Positions 1-9,519 of a stretch of 37,617 nucleotides of DNA are shown piece by piece. Position 1 is the stretch's first letter. Each line of letters starts with the position of its first letter. The notes under the pieces were generated by a model that saw only the letters and a program-made list of their open reading frames with translations, was not told where the DNA came from and searched no databases. Source of the DNA: an uncultured Rikenellaceae bacterium (GTDB lineage Bacteria; Bacteroidota; Bacteroidia; Bacteroidales; VadinHA17); the NCBI GenBank assembly GCA_964403185.1, contig CAYOFK010000005.1, positions 1 to 37,617 of the forward strand, in the 5' to 3' direction. The translations under genes were made by a program, and so were the position numbers.

Positions 1-131
1 GGATTCCTGCTTTCGCAGGAATGATATGTAATCTGACTTTTGAGACAGCCCCTTTTTTATTACTAAAATGAAAATTATAATACATATCAGGAATCCGGTG
101 AAAAATTCAGGGGTTTGATTTAAAATTTCTC

Positions 132-139
132 TATTTTTG
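132..139 (+). promoter_or_regulatory. Candidate Bacteroidota -7 promoter box (TAnnTTTG) for the first gene of the glycan locus
   Basis: tatttttg lies 80 nt upstream of ATG 219 and matches the published Bacteroides sigma-A -7 consensus TAnnTTTG. Confidence 0.4.
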
Positions 140-218
140 ATTTTCCACGAGCAACAGTGCTTATTAATCTTTAACCAAATTTTCCTTAACCTGCTTTTAT
201 TTGTTTAAAAAAATAAGA

Positions 219-2381
219 ATGTTCAAACCGGAAATTCATTTTTATAAACTGTTGGTTGTATCATGTTTGTTCATGATTGCCATGACTGGCTTTTCCAGGG
301 TACGATTGCCTGCAATCCTGCAATCCAACATGGTCCTTCAGCAACAAACTGAAGTAAAACTCTGGGGATGGGCCGAGCCGGATGAAAAAATAAAGATCTC
401 TGTCAGCTGGCAGAAACAAAAACTCAAAACCAGGGCCAATCAACAGGGCGCATGGATGGTAAAGGTCAGAACACGGGAAGCAGGAGGCCCTTACAAGATA
501 AAGATCAGGGGAAAGAATACCATCAGACTTGAAAATATACTGTTTGGTGAGGTCTGGCTATGCTCGGGACAATCCAATATGGATTTTACTATTAACATGC
601 TTGGAGGCTGGGAAGATGATTACTTTGCTGAAGATAAGCTTGATTTCGAAAAGCTTGGCTATCCTGATATCCGCCTCTTTGATGTTGCCAATAAAACCTC
701 TGACATCCCCGAAGCAGATTGTTCCGGGACCTGGTCCTTAACCAGCCTTAAACGGTTAGGGAACTTTAGCGCTGTAGCCTACTTTTTTGGTAGAAAACTG
801 AAAAAGGAGATGAATGTTCCCATAGGCTTGATCGTATCAAGCTGGGGGGGGACTTCAGCTCAGGCCTGGACCAATCCAAATGAGATAGACAGGAATCCAT
901 TGCTGGAAACCTACAGGTATGATCCGGCAAAAAAATATAGCCCTCAGGCTGTTCCGGGATCTTTATACAATGGTATGATCCATCCCTTATTAAACCTGTC
1001 TTTCAGGGGTGTTATCTGGTACCAGGGCGAAGCCAACCGTAATGATGCTGAAACTTATGCAGATCTATTCCCGGCCATGATAAATAGTTGGAGAGAAGAT
1101 TTTCAACAGGGAACATTCCCTTTCTATTATGTTCAGATCGCTCCGTTTCGCTATGCCGAACCTATGGTTGGGGCCCTCATCCGGGAAGCTCAATTAAAAA
1201 GTCTCAGTACTCCGAATACCGGGATGGCAGTCACCCTGGATATCGGCAATTTTAATGACATCCACCCTGTGAACAAGCAGGAAGTTGGCAGGAGACTTGC
1301 ATTGCTTGCCCTGGCACAAACCTATGGGTTTCAGGATATCGTGTATTCAGGACCGGTATTCAAAAAGGCCTTTTTTGAAGAATCACCGTGGCTGGAGGGA
1401 TTAATGGGTGCACGACTGGAATTCACTCATATTGGGTCGGGCCTTGAACTGAGAGACGACGTAAACGGATCTTTCATGATTGCCGGCAGTGATGGAGTGT
1501 TTAAAAAGGCCCGGGCCCGGATAATGGGAGATGAATTGTATGTCTGGAGTACAGAGATCAGGGAACCAAAGGCCGTAAGGTATGCATTTGAGAATACCCC
1601 TCATGCCGTACTCTTTAACAATGAAGGCTTACCGGCTTCATCATTCCGCACCGATAATTTTAAAATAATAACAGCCGGTGTGGACTTGGAAATTATGAAT
1701 ATCAATCCGGGAAAATCGGTTGCAATTCAAATCATCACAAAACCTGAAGGCCTGGATATCAGGTATACCCTTAACGGTACGGATCCCGATCGTTATGATC
1801 CTTTATACTCCGGTCCTGTAAAACTGGACCGCACTAGTGAGATCAGGGCCCGCGCTTACGATGGAAACGTTCCCTCAGAAATGGTTGCACGATCAAAGAT
1901 CCACTTTCATTTGGCCGCCGGAAGGCCCATTAATCCGGTTACAATATTCAGCCAAAAATACCCGGCCAGGGGTTCAGAAACTCTTGTGGATGGCCTGCGG
2001 GGAACGAATTCATATAATGATGGACAATGGCTTGGATATGAGGGCAATGACCTGGAAGTGATAATCGACCTTGAGAATATAAAAGCTATAAAAAGAATTT
2101 CCGCAGGATTTTTGCAATCCACTCCTGCCTGGGTATTTCTCCCTGAACAGGTTGTTTTTTACAGTTCCACGGATGATGAGGTGTTTAACCCGCTGGGTTC
2201 TGTAAACCATAGAGAAAATCCAAAACTGCCCGGAACCATTATTTATGAGTTTGAGTTGGAACCAGGAGTGGATGCCCGTTTTATTAAGGTGAAAGCTAAA
2301 AACATGGGGGTGTGTCCCTCATGGCACCCTGGTGCAGGGGGAAAGGCATGGATATTCTGTGATGAGATCATTGTAGAGTAG
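219..2381 (+). CDS. SASA-family carbohydrate O-acetylesterase (sialate O-acetylesterase-like) with a C-terminal chitobiase-C-like beta-sandwich plus discoidin/F5-8-type-C-like module
   Basis: The track ORF 201..2381 starts at a TTG. The first ATG is 219 (MFKPEIHFYKLLVVSCLF, signal-like). SASA/DUF303 blocks read directly: LPAILQSNMVLQQ, WLCSGQSNM (Ser nucleophile block), IWYQGEAN, DIHPVNKQEVGRRLA. The C-terminus contains IRYTLNGTDPD... and then a module ending CPSWHPGAGGKAWIFCDEIIVE that three other ORFs share. Confidence 0.85.
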   Translation: MFKPEIHFYKLLVVSCLFMIAMTGFSRVRLPAILQSNMVLQQQTEVKLWGWAEPDEKIKISVSWQKQKLKTRANQQGAWMVKVRTREAGGPYKIKIRGKNTIRLENILFGEVWLCSGQSNMDFTINMLGGWEDDYFAEDKLDFEKLGYPDIRLFDVANKTSDIPEADCSGTWSLTSLKRLGNFSAVAYFFGRKLKKEMNVPIGLIVSSWGGTSAQAWTNPNEIDRNPLLETYRYDPAKKYSPQAVPGSLYNGMIHPLLNLSFRGVIWYQGEANRNDAETYADLFPAMINSWREDFQQGTFPFYYVQIAPFRYAEPMVGALIREAQLKSLSTPNTGMAVTLDIGNFNDIHPVNKQEVGRRLALLALAQTYGFQDIVYSGPVFKKAFFEESPWLEGLMGARLEFTHIGSGLELRDDVNGSFMIAGSDGVFKKARARIMGDELYVWSTEIREPKAVRYAFENTPHAVLFNNEGLPASSFRTDNFKIITAGVDLEIMNINPGKSVAIQIITKPEGLDIRYTLNGTDPDRYDPLYSGPVKLDRTSEIRARAYDGNVPSEMVARSKIHFHLAAGRPINPVTIFSQKYPARGSETLVDGLRGTNSYNDGQWLGYEGNDLEVIIDLENIKAIKRISAGFLQSTPAWVFLPEQVVFYSSTDDEVFNPLGSVNHRENPKLPGTIIYEFELEPGVDARFIKVKAKNMGVCPSWHPGAGGKAWIFCDEIIVE

Positions 2382-2398
2382 AACTTTAGTTTACAAAA

Positions 2399-4207
2399 AT
2401 GCATAAGAGGAATACCACCGTAACTTATTTGGTTCTCTTTCTATTTCTGTTTGCATCGGGTTGCCAGAGGACAGCCAGGAGCTGGATCCGGATCAATCAA
2501 TTGGGATACCTGGCAGATGCGAAAAAAGTGGCAGTTCTGATCAGTCACAGGCATCTCAATATAGAATCATTTACGGTGGTTGATGCAGACTCCGGAAATG
2601 AACTGAAGACCATTTACAATGTGCAAAAATATACCGGTCCTACTGTTTTTAAATCCTGTTATTATTTCGATTTTTCGGAGCTTACTACCCATGGAAACTA
2701 CTATCTGAAAGCTAAAAGTATTAGATCGGAACCATTTAAAGTTGGTGACGATATATACTCCGGTGCGGCCGATTTTTTACTTCATTATATGAGACAACAG
2801 CGGTGTGGATACAATCCTTATTATATGGATTCATGCCATACTCATGATGGTTTTATTGTATTTCATCCCGATCCGGCGGTGGATTCCACTTATATTGATG
2901 TTACCGGAGGCTGGCATGATGCAGCAGATTACCTGCAATATGCTAAAACATCGGTCAATGCTGTTTTTCAGATGATTCTTGCTTATTCTATGCATCCTTA
3001 TGCTTTTGGTGACGGCTACAATGCGGAGGGTCTTGAGGAACCGAATGGAACCCCGGATATTGTTGATGAGGTGAAGTGGGGTTTGGAATGGATGTTGAAA
3101 ATGTATCCTGAGAACGGGGTTCTATTTAAGCAAATAGCCGATGACCGTGACCATGCAGGATTCAGATTACCCATGCACGACTCTGTGAATTATGGAAAAG
3201 GGCTTGAACGGCCTGTTTATTATAGTACGGGCGAAATACAGGGATATGATGACCGCTTAAACCGTACCACCGGAAAGGCATCACTGGCCGGAAAATTTGC
3301 CTCGGCTTTTATGGCTGCTTCAATACTTTTTGAAGACCAGGACCCTGACTATTCCGGTATTCTTAAAGAAAAAGCTTTACAGGCTTATGAATTGGGGAAG
3401 GCTTATCCGGGATATTGCCAGACCAATCCATGCGGAGCTCCATATTTCTATGAAGAAGAGAACTGGGTGGATGATATGGAACTGGCCGCCACCCAATTAT
3501 ATATCGGGACCCGTGATGCCACCTTTTTGCATGAGGCTCGTACCTATGGCTCTATGGAGCCTGTAACTCCATGGATGGGAGCGGATACGGCACGCCATTA
3601 TCAGTGGTACCCTTTCCTGAATCTTGGGCATTATTTTTTGGCCGTAAATGAGACGGGAACTGACAGTAAAGTCTTCACAAATTATTTGCGGGAGGGATTG
3701 GAGGCCATTGAAAAAAAAGCGTCTGAAAACCCATTCTATATCGGAGTTCCCTTTATATGGTGTTCCAATAACCTGGTAGCAGCCACGCTTACACAATGCT
3801 GTTTATATAGAAAAATTACCGGGGATACCGCATTTCTGAGAATGGAGGCCGCACTCAGGGATTGGCTGTTCGGATGCAATCCGTGGGGAACCAGCATGAT
3901 CATTGGCCTTCCGGACAATGGCGATTATCCTGCCGATACCCATTCTTCCCCGGGATATATTTTAAAGCGGTCAACACCCGGGGGCCTGGTAGATGGCCCG
4001 GTATACCCGGGTATATTTAATAGTCTTAAAGGATTGTACCTGTCCGGACCTGATGAATATGCAGCAGTTCAACCCGGTTTTGCCGTATACCATGATGATT
4101 TTGCTGATTATTCAACAAATGAACCTACTATGGATGGAACAGCCAGCCTGACCTATTATCTTTCCGCATTGGAAAAAGAAGGTCTGGATTTAAACCAGGA
4201 ACCATAA
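2399..4207 (+). CDS. Glycoside hydrolase family 9 (endoglucanase/exo-glucosaminidase-type) lipoprotein
   Basis: 602-aa ORF with lipobox FLFASGC. The N-terminal IRINQLGYLADAKKVAVL resembles the GH9 Ig-like (CelD_N-type) domain. Core motifs are GGWHDAADYLQY (the GH9 DAxD Asp pair) and YSTNEPTMDGTASL (C-terminal catalytic Glu block). It starts 17 nt after the upstream stop. Confidence 0.82.
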   Translation: MHKRNTTVTYLVLFLFLFASGCQRTARSWIRINQLGYLADAKKVAVLISHRHLNIESFTVVDADSGNELKTIYNVQKYTGPTVFKSCYYFDFSELTTHGNYYLKAKSIRSEPFKVGDDIYSGAADFLLHYMRQQRCGYNPYYMDSCHTHDGFIVFHPDPAVDSTYIDVTGGWHDAADYLQYAKTSVNAVFQMILAYSMHPYAFGDGYNAEGLEEPNGTPDIVDEVKWGLEWMLKMYPENGVLFKQIADDRDHAGFRLPMHDSVNYGKGLERPVYYSTGEIQGYDDRLNRTTGKASLAGKFASAFMAASILFEDQDPDYSGILKEKALQAYELGKAYPGYCQTNPCGAPYFYEEENWVDDMELAATQLYIGTRDATFLHEARTYGSMEPVTPWMGADTARHYQWYPFLNLGHYFLAVNETGTDSKVFTNYLREGLEAIEKKASENPFYIGVPFIWCSNNLVAATLTQCCLYRKITGDTAFLRMEAALRDWLFGCNPWGTSMIIGLPDNGDYPADTHSSPGYILKRSTPGGLVDGPVYPGIFNSLKGLYLSGPDEYAAVQPGFAVYHDDFADYSTNEPTMDGTASLTYYLSALEKEGLDLNQEP

Positions 4208-4217
4208 CACATTTCAA

Positions 4218-5516
4218 ATGAGTATTACAATAACAATGAAAAAACTGCCGGGGACCATACAAATATTCGGAATCTTCCTGGCTCTGCTAATGTACACAGC
4301 CTGTACAACAGGACCTGAGAAAGGCAACAAAAATGATGTGCTTGTCAGGTTTGCAGTGGCATCAGACGGCCATTACGGACAGCAGGATACGGACTATGAA
4401 AAGAATTTTGACAGGCTCATTGATCACCTGAACCATGAATACTCAGAATCCGGATTGGATTACACATTTCTTGTTGGAGATATTTTTCACAACGACCCGG
4501 AACTATTACCGGCGGTAAAGAAAAAACTGGATGGATTGATTATGCCCTATTATGCCATCAGGGGGAATCATGATATGGCCGGGGATTGGGAGAAAACCTG
4601 GGGCTATCCTGATAATTTCGATTTTAGCGTGGGGGACTATGCCTTTGTGCTGGCATCCACCTCCGATGTGACGGGAACCTATTTATGTGCCGATAAAGAT
4701 TGGTTATGGGAACGGCTTGATGCATATCAATCAAAAAAAGGTGTTTTTGTGTTTATGCATATTACACCAAAAGACTGGACAGGAGCCGGTATCAATTGTC
4801 CCGGGATCCGTGATTGCCTTGAAGCACACACAAATGTTGTGGCCGTATATCAGGGGCACGATCACCGTGAAGATTCCATGAAAATGTGGAACGGCATTCC
4901 CTATTATTTTGACGGACATTTTGGAGGGAGCTGGGGAGTTTCCCATCCCGGATACCGGATCGTTGAAGTTAATACGGATGGAAGCATTCGTACCTATCAA
5001 TACAATATGGAAATAGATCCCATCTCTAATGAGCACCTGCAACATCTGGCTTTTCTCAAAAAGGGAAAGCTGCAAATACCTCCTTCTGAAAAATACAATC
5101 CCGGACCTTTGTCTCTTACTGACGGACAGTTTGGGAGTTTGCGTTTTAATGATGGTCGCTGGACCGGTTTTGAAGGAGATGATTTTGTGTGCTCCGTCGA
5201 CCTGGGAATCGTCAGTGAAGTAAATGTCATTCAGATTGATTTTCTTGTTCGTATGGCTTCATACATTTTCCCGCCCCGTGAAATCTGCATTGAAGGTTCT
5301 GTGGATGGTACAGCTTTTGAGACACTTATTAACGAGCAATATTCTGAACCTGGCAGCCAGGCACCGGTGTCAAAACAAAGAATAATGATTAAGGTTGATG
5401 GCAAACCTTTCAGGTATATTAGAATTTCAACAAAAAACCAGGGTACCTGTCCTGATTGGCATGACGGGAAAGGTGATAAGGCATGGCTTTTCATCGATGA
5501 GATAGTAATAAAGTGA
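4218..5516 (+). CDS. Calcineurin-like metallophosphoesterase fused to a C-terminal discoidin-like carbohydrate-binding module (lipoprotein)
   Basis: 432-aa ORF (alternative ATG at 4236) with lipobox LLMYTAC. All five metallophosphoesterase blocks are present: ASDGHYG (DxH), VGDIFHND (GD), RGNHDM (GNHD), FMHITP (H), QGHDHRE (GH). The C-terminal ~150 aa end CPDWHDGKGDKAWLFIDEIVIK. Confidence 0.8.
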   Translation: MSITITMKKLPGTIQIFGIFLALLMYTACTTGPEKGNKNDVLVRFAVASDGHYGQQDTDYEKNFDRLIDHLNHEYSESGLDYTFLVGDIFHNDPELLPAVKKKLDGLIMPYYAIRGNHDMAGDWEKTWGYPDNFDFSVGDYAFVLASTSDVTGTYLCADKDWLWERLDAYQSKKGVFVFMHITPKDWTGAGINCPGIRDCLEAHTNVVAVYQGHDHREDSMKMWNGIPYYFDGHFGGSWGVSHPGYRIVEVNTDGSIRTYQYNMEIDPISNEHLQHLAFLKKGKLQIPPSEKYNPGPLSLTDGQFGSLRFNDGRWTGFEGDDFVCSVDLGIVSEVNVIQIDFLVRMASYIFPPREICIEGSVDGTAFETLINEQYSEPGSQAPVSKQRIMIKVDGKPFRYIRISTKNQGTCPDWHDGKGDKAWLFIDEIVIK

Positions 5517-5546
5517 AAAGCAAAAATTTAAAAGTAAAAAAAGAGG

Positions 5547-6716
5547 ATGAGGGATTTGAGACTGAGAATATTACGATTTGCAGTTCTTTTCATGGGCATG
5601 GGTATTGCCGTATCTTCATGTCGCAAGGAAGATCCGCCACCACCCGGTCCGGAACCACCGGGGGGAAATTATAAAATTGTAGCTTATTTGCCAGGTTGGG
5701 GGGCCGTGGATTTTAATGCCATACCTGTTGATCACCTCACTCACATAAGCTATGCGTTTGCCAACATCAGAGAGGGGAAAATATATTCTGAATTGGATAA
5801 TGATTCACTGTATCTTACAAATCTGGTGAAACTGACCAATTCCAATCCTGACCTCAATATCCTGATATCCGTTGGCGGAGCCACCTGGTCGGGAGAATTT
5901 TCTGATATGGCGTTAACAGATTCTTCCCGGAGTGTTTTTACGAACAGCGTCCTGAACTTTATTAATAAATATAAACTCGATGGAGTGGACCTTGACTGGG
6001 AATTCCCGGGATCCTCACTGGCAGGAACCTACAGGCCGGAAGATAAGGAAAACTTTACATTTTTACTGCAAAAACTGAGAACTCAACTGGATTCTATGAG
6101 TGCAGCGGATATGCGTACACAATCAAAACCTTATCTGCTGACCATTGCCTCTGGCGCTTCATCCTGGTTTACCGGCCTGATAGAGATGGATAAGGTAACA
6201 CCCTTGCTTGACTTTTACAATGTAATGAACTATGATTACATGGGTTCCTGGAATTCTACCACCGGACACCACACCAATCTGTATCCGTCAAACTTTGATC
6301 CCGGTTCAAAGTTCAGTACTTCCATCTCAGTGGGTATCTATCTTGCAAAAGGAGTACCCCGGGAGAAAATAATAGTGGGTGCGGCCTTTTACGGGCGCTG
6401 GTGGAGTGGGGTAACCGCTCAGAATAACGGGCTGTACCAATCATATACGGGAGGTGCCGGAGCCCTTTCATACAGAGCAATTAAAACCGGCTATATCTCC
6501 GATCCCGATTTTCATCGGTACTGGGATCCGGAGGCCAAAGCGCCTTATTTATGGAGTCAGAAGGATAAAATATTTATTACATACGATGATGTATTTTCAA
6601 TCAAGCAAAAATCCACTTTTGTGAAAGAAGAAAAACTTGGAGGACTGATGTTTTGGGAATACACCCAGGATTACAACAGTGAATTGATGAATGCAGTAAT
6701 TTGGGGATTTCAATAA
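5547..6716 (+). CDS. Glycoside hydrolase family 18, chitinase-like lipoprotein
   Basis: 389-aa ORF with lipobox AVSSC followed by a Pro-rich linker (PPPPGPEPPGG). GH18 signatures: ISVGGATW, LDGVDLDWEFPG (DxxDxDxE catalytic motif), GAAFYGR, GGLMFWEYTQD. Confidence 0.9.
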   Translation: MRDLRLRILRFAVLFMGMGIAVSSCRKEDPPPPGPEPPGGNYKIVAYLPGWGAVDFNAIPVDHLTHISYAFANIREGKIYSELDNDSLYLTNLVKLTNSNPDLNILISVGGATWSGEFSDMALTDSSRSVFTNSVLNFINKYKLDGVDLDWEFPGSSLAGTYRPEDKENFTFLLQKLRTQLDSMSAADMRTQSKPYLLTIASGASSWFTGLIEMDKVTPLLDFYNVMNYDYMGSWNSTTGHHTNLYPSNFDPGSKFSTSISVGIYLAKGVPREKIIVGAAFYGRWWSGVTAQNNGLYQSYTGGAGALSYRAIKTGYISDPDFHRYWDPEAKAPYLWSQKDKIFITYDDVFSIKQKSTFVKEEKLGGLMFWEYTQDYNSELMNAVIWGFQ

Positions 6717-6749
6717 TAATAAGTCATCATGCTTCTCAATTCCCCCCGG

Positions 6750-6823
6750 CGATTTGGCCCGGAACAGGTTGGAGCGCTGCGTCGGGGTAGAGAGTCGAAA
6801 AGTCAAAAATCAGGATGAGTCAG
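6750..6823 (+). repeat. Hairpin-less fragment of the mosaic intergenic repeat
   Basis: ggttggagcg (6767-6776) is the exact reverse complement of cgctccaacc (15574-15583). agagtcgaaaagtcaaaaatcaggatgagtcag (6791-6823) parallels gaagagtcgaaaagtcgaaaggtcaaagagtgagtcg at 21117-21152. Confidence 0.6.
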
Positions 6824-6831
6824 ATTTTATT

Positions 6832-7947
6832 ATGAACAATTTTCTAAAGAACATGAGAAACGTATTGGTTTTTTCCAGCCTCTTTATATTAATTATGTCC
6901 TGTACACAGACATCACAGGAATATGTAACCATCCCTGATGATGATGTAGTTTTTGCACCCCATTCATATGTATGCTACCGTACCCCGGTGCCGATCAGGG
7001 TGGATGGGACCATTGATGAGCAATCCTGGCTCCAGACAGCATGGTCCGTGGACTTTAAAGATATTGAAGGGGGTAAAAAACCGGAACCACGATACCGTAC
7101 ACGCGTAAAAATGTTATGGGATGATGATTACCTGTATTTTGCTGCGGAGCTTGAGGAGCCGGATATTTGGGCCACACTGCAAAAGCGTGATACGGTGATC
7201 TTTTATGATAATGATTTTGAGATTTTTATTGATCCCGATGGAGATACGCATGAGTATTATGAGTTTGAGATGAATGCCTTTGGGACTCAGTGGGACCTCC
7301 TGCTTACCAAACCATACAGGGACCAGGGCCGGGCAGTGAATGCCTGGGATATCAAAGGAATACAGGTGGGCGTAAAGATATACGGAACTATCAATGACCC
7401 CACAATAAAGGACCAAAAATGGACATTGGAAATAGCCATGCCATGGAAAATACTCAAAGAGTGCGCACCCGAAGGGAGGCGCCCCGAATCAGGTGAACAA
7501 TGGCGCATGAACTTTTCACGGGTTGAATGGGATGTTGAGGTGCAGCAAGGAAAATATGTGAAAAAAACAGATCCCAAAACCGGCAACCCCCTGCCTGAAA
7601 ACAATTGGGTGTGGTCTCCTCAGGGATTGATAAACATGCATTTACCTGAATTATGGGGGTTTGTTCAATTCACTGATGTGATGGCCGGGACATCTGAAAC
7701 GGCTTTTGTAGAAAATCCTGAGGAGCACATAAAATGGGAATTAAGAAAACTATATTACCGGCAAACAAGGTTCTTCGAAAGTAATGGGTTTTATGCCACT
7801 GGCACTGAGGATCCTGGCATTATCTCTGGTGCAGTTGGTTCCTTAAATATCCAGACCACCTCCCGAATGTATGAAATGAGCATGCCTGCAACCGGGACCG
7901 GTAAAAGATGGTATATACGACAGGATGGACTCATCTGGAAACAATAA
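6832..7947 (+). CDS. CBM9/DOMON-like 'carbohydrate-binding family 9' lipoprotein with no recognisable catalytic motif
   Basis: The track ORF begins at TTG 6754 inside an intergenic repeat. The first ATG, at 6832, gives MNNFLKNMRNVLVFSSLFILIMSC (lipoprotein signal). The body (PIRVDGTIDEQSW, WDDDYLYFAAELEEPD, FYDNDFEIFIDPDGDTHEYYEFEMNAFGTQWD) matches the CBM9-like family pattern as I remember it. Confidence 0.68.
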   Translation: MNNFLKNMRNVLVFSSLFILIMSCTQTSQEYVTIPDDDVVFAPHSYVCYRTPVPIRVDGTIDEQSWLQTAWSVDFKDIEGGKKPEPRYRTRVKMLWDDDYLYFAAELEEPDIWATLQKRDTVIFYDNDFEIFIDPDGDTHEYYEFEMNAFGTQWDLLLTKPYRDQGRAVNAWDIKGIQVGVKIYGTINDPTIKDQKWTLEIAMPWKILKECAPEGRRPESGEQWRMNFSRVEWDVEVQQGKYVKKTDPKTGNPLPENNWVWSPQGLINMHLPELWGFVQFTDVMAGTSETAFVENPEEHIKWELRKLYYRQTRFFESNGFYATGTEDPGIISGAVGSLNIQTTSRMYEMSMPATGTGKRWYIRQDGLIWKQ

Positions 7948-9352
7948 TAACATGATTGACACATCCTTTTTTGGAAAACGTTTTTTGACCTTCTTTTTTG
8001 CTATCGTTGCCGCCCTGGGGGGCTTCTTATTTGGATATGACACGGCCGTCATTTCGGGTACCATCGGTTTTGTACAACAACAGTTCGGTCTGAACACTAT
8101 CCAGGAAGGATGGTTTGTCAGTTCGGCCCTCGTGGGGTGCCTGGCGGGTGCATTGACGGCCGGAAAGTTCAGTGATATCTATGGCAGGAAAACCATGTTG
8201 CTTGTGGCTGCAGCCTTGTTTTTTCTCTCAGCGATGGGTTGTATGATGTCCGCAAACTTTGATATTCTGGTGGTTTACAGGATTGTTGGAGGCCTTGGTG
8301 TGGGAATGGCATCCATGTTGTCTCCCCTTTATATTTCTGAGTTCTCACCTCCGCATTTAAGGGGCCGTTTGGTCGCACTGTACCAACTGGCCATAACCAC
8401 AGGAATTTTACTGGCTTATTTTTCCAATGCGTGGCTGCTTGGTGTCTCCGAACGGCATGTTTTTGCAAATGGCGATGAACTATTCAAACTGGTCATTGAC
8501 CGGGAAGTCTGGCGGGGTATGTTTGGAAGTGAAATGATACCTGCCGGCCTCTTCTTACTGAGCCTGTTACTGATTCCGGAAAGCCCCCGGTGGTTAGTAA
8601 AGCAAAACAAATCGAACAGGGCACTTGCAGCCTTACTAACCATAAATACAGAGGATGTAGCTAAAAATGAGATCCTTGAAATTGAGGAAATGATGGGAGA
8701 AACCGGGGTGCCCCTTAAAACTGTATTCAGCGGTAAGTTGCGTCCGGCGATGATCGTTGGCATCTCTCTGGCAGTGCTGTCGCAATTCAGCGGTATCAAT
8801 GCCATTATATATTATGGCCCGCGGGTGATGACCGGGGCCGGATTGGAGATCAGTAAGGCCCTGGGGGGACAGGTAACCATTGGCATCACCAATGTGATCT
8901 TTACATTGCTGGCGATAGCAACTATCGACCGGTTCGGCCGGCGGCCATTGCTCATATTTGGTGCGTCAGGGGCCACCTTATCGCTGGTGATGGTTGGTTT
9001 CTATTTTTTTATGGATCTAAACGATCCCATCTTTTTGTTGGTCTTAATATTGCTTTTTATATCCTGTTTTGCATTTTCATTCGGACCTGTTGTCTGGGTT
9101 GTTTTATCAGAGATCTACCCTACACGTCTCAGGGGCAGAGCCATGTCTGTTGCTACTTTTGCATTGTGGCTTGCCAATACCATTGTAGGGCAAGTGGTTC
9201 CCTGGTTACTTGAGAATGTGGGGCCTGCCGGCACATTCTGGATATTTGCCCTGTGCTGTTCTCCTGCTGCCTGGATTGCCTGGAAAAAACTACCGGAAAC
9301 CAAAGGCCGGTCGCTTGAAAGCATTGAAAAATTTTGGAAGAGAGGAAGTTGA
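7925..9352 (+). CDS. MFS sugar-porter family transporter (sugar:H+ symporter type)
   Basis: Sugar-porter signatures: DIYGRKT, PESPRWL, FGRRPLL, PETKGRSLE, plus about 12 hydrophobic segments. ATG 7925 overlaps the upstream stop at 7947. ATG 7952 (MIDTSFFGKRF) is the non-overlapping alternative start. Confidence 0.9.
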   Translation: MDSSGNNNNMIDTSFFGKRFLTFFFAIVAALGGFLFGYDTAVISGTIGFVQQQFGLNTIQEGWFVSSALVGCLAGALTAGKFSDIYGRKTMLLVAAALFFLSAMGCMMSANFDILVVYRIVGGLGVGMASMLSPLYISEFSPPHLRGRLVALYQLAITTGILLAYFSNAWLLGVSERHVFANGDELFKLVIDREVWRGMFGSEMIPAGLFLLSLLLIPESPRWLVKQNKSNRALAALLTINTEDVAKNEILEIEEMMGETGVPLKTVFSGKLRPAMIVGISLAVLSQFSGINAIIYYGPRVMTGAGLEISKALGGQVTIGITNVIFTLLAIATIDRFGRRPLLIFGASGATLSLVMVGFYFFMDLNDPIFLLVLILLFISCFAFSFGPVVWVVLSEIYPTRLRGRAMSVATFALWLANTIVGQVVPWLLENVGPAGTFWIFALCCSPAAWIAWKKLPETKGRSLESIEKFWKRGS

Positions 9353-9443
9353 TTTGTTGATCTGATCATGACTTGAATACCTGGAGTTTATAATATTGCT
9401 CAAAGAAGAACAATATCTAGGCCATATCCGTGGGGGATGTAAT

Positions 9444-9476
9444 AACCTTCCAGAGTCCTTGTGACCTGGAAGTGTT
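9444..9476 (+). repeat. Copy A of the 33-nt palindromic repeat core (CTTCCAG...CTGGAAG hairpin)
   Basis: The sequence is aaccttccagagtccttgtgacctggaagtgtt. CTTCCAG(a)GTC pairs with GACCTGGAAG. It lies in the 167-nt gap between the MFS gene and ORF 9520. Confidence 0.8.
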
Positions 9477-9519
9477 ATGGTAACTATAAATTGATAGTGC
9501 TAATAAGTTAAGGTAAAAA

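Noticed and set aside
201-218. TTG-initiated N-terminal extensions in the ORF track: 201 for the esterase, 6754 for the CBM9-like gene and 12342 for GH92
   Set aside because: The extensions run through intergenic repeat sequence (6754-6831, 12342-12404) or add a few residues before a normal signal peptide. Downstream ATGs at 219, 6832 and 12405 give canonical signal or lipoprotein N-termini.
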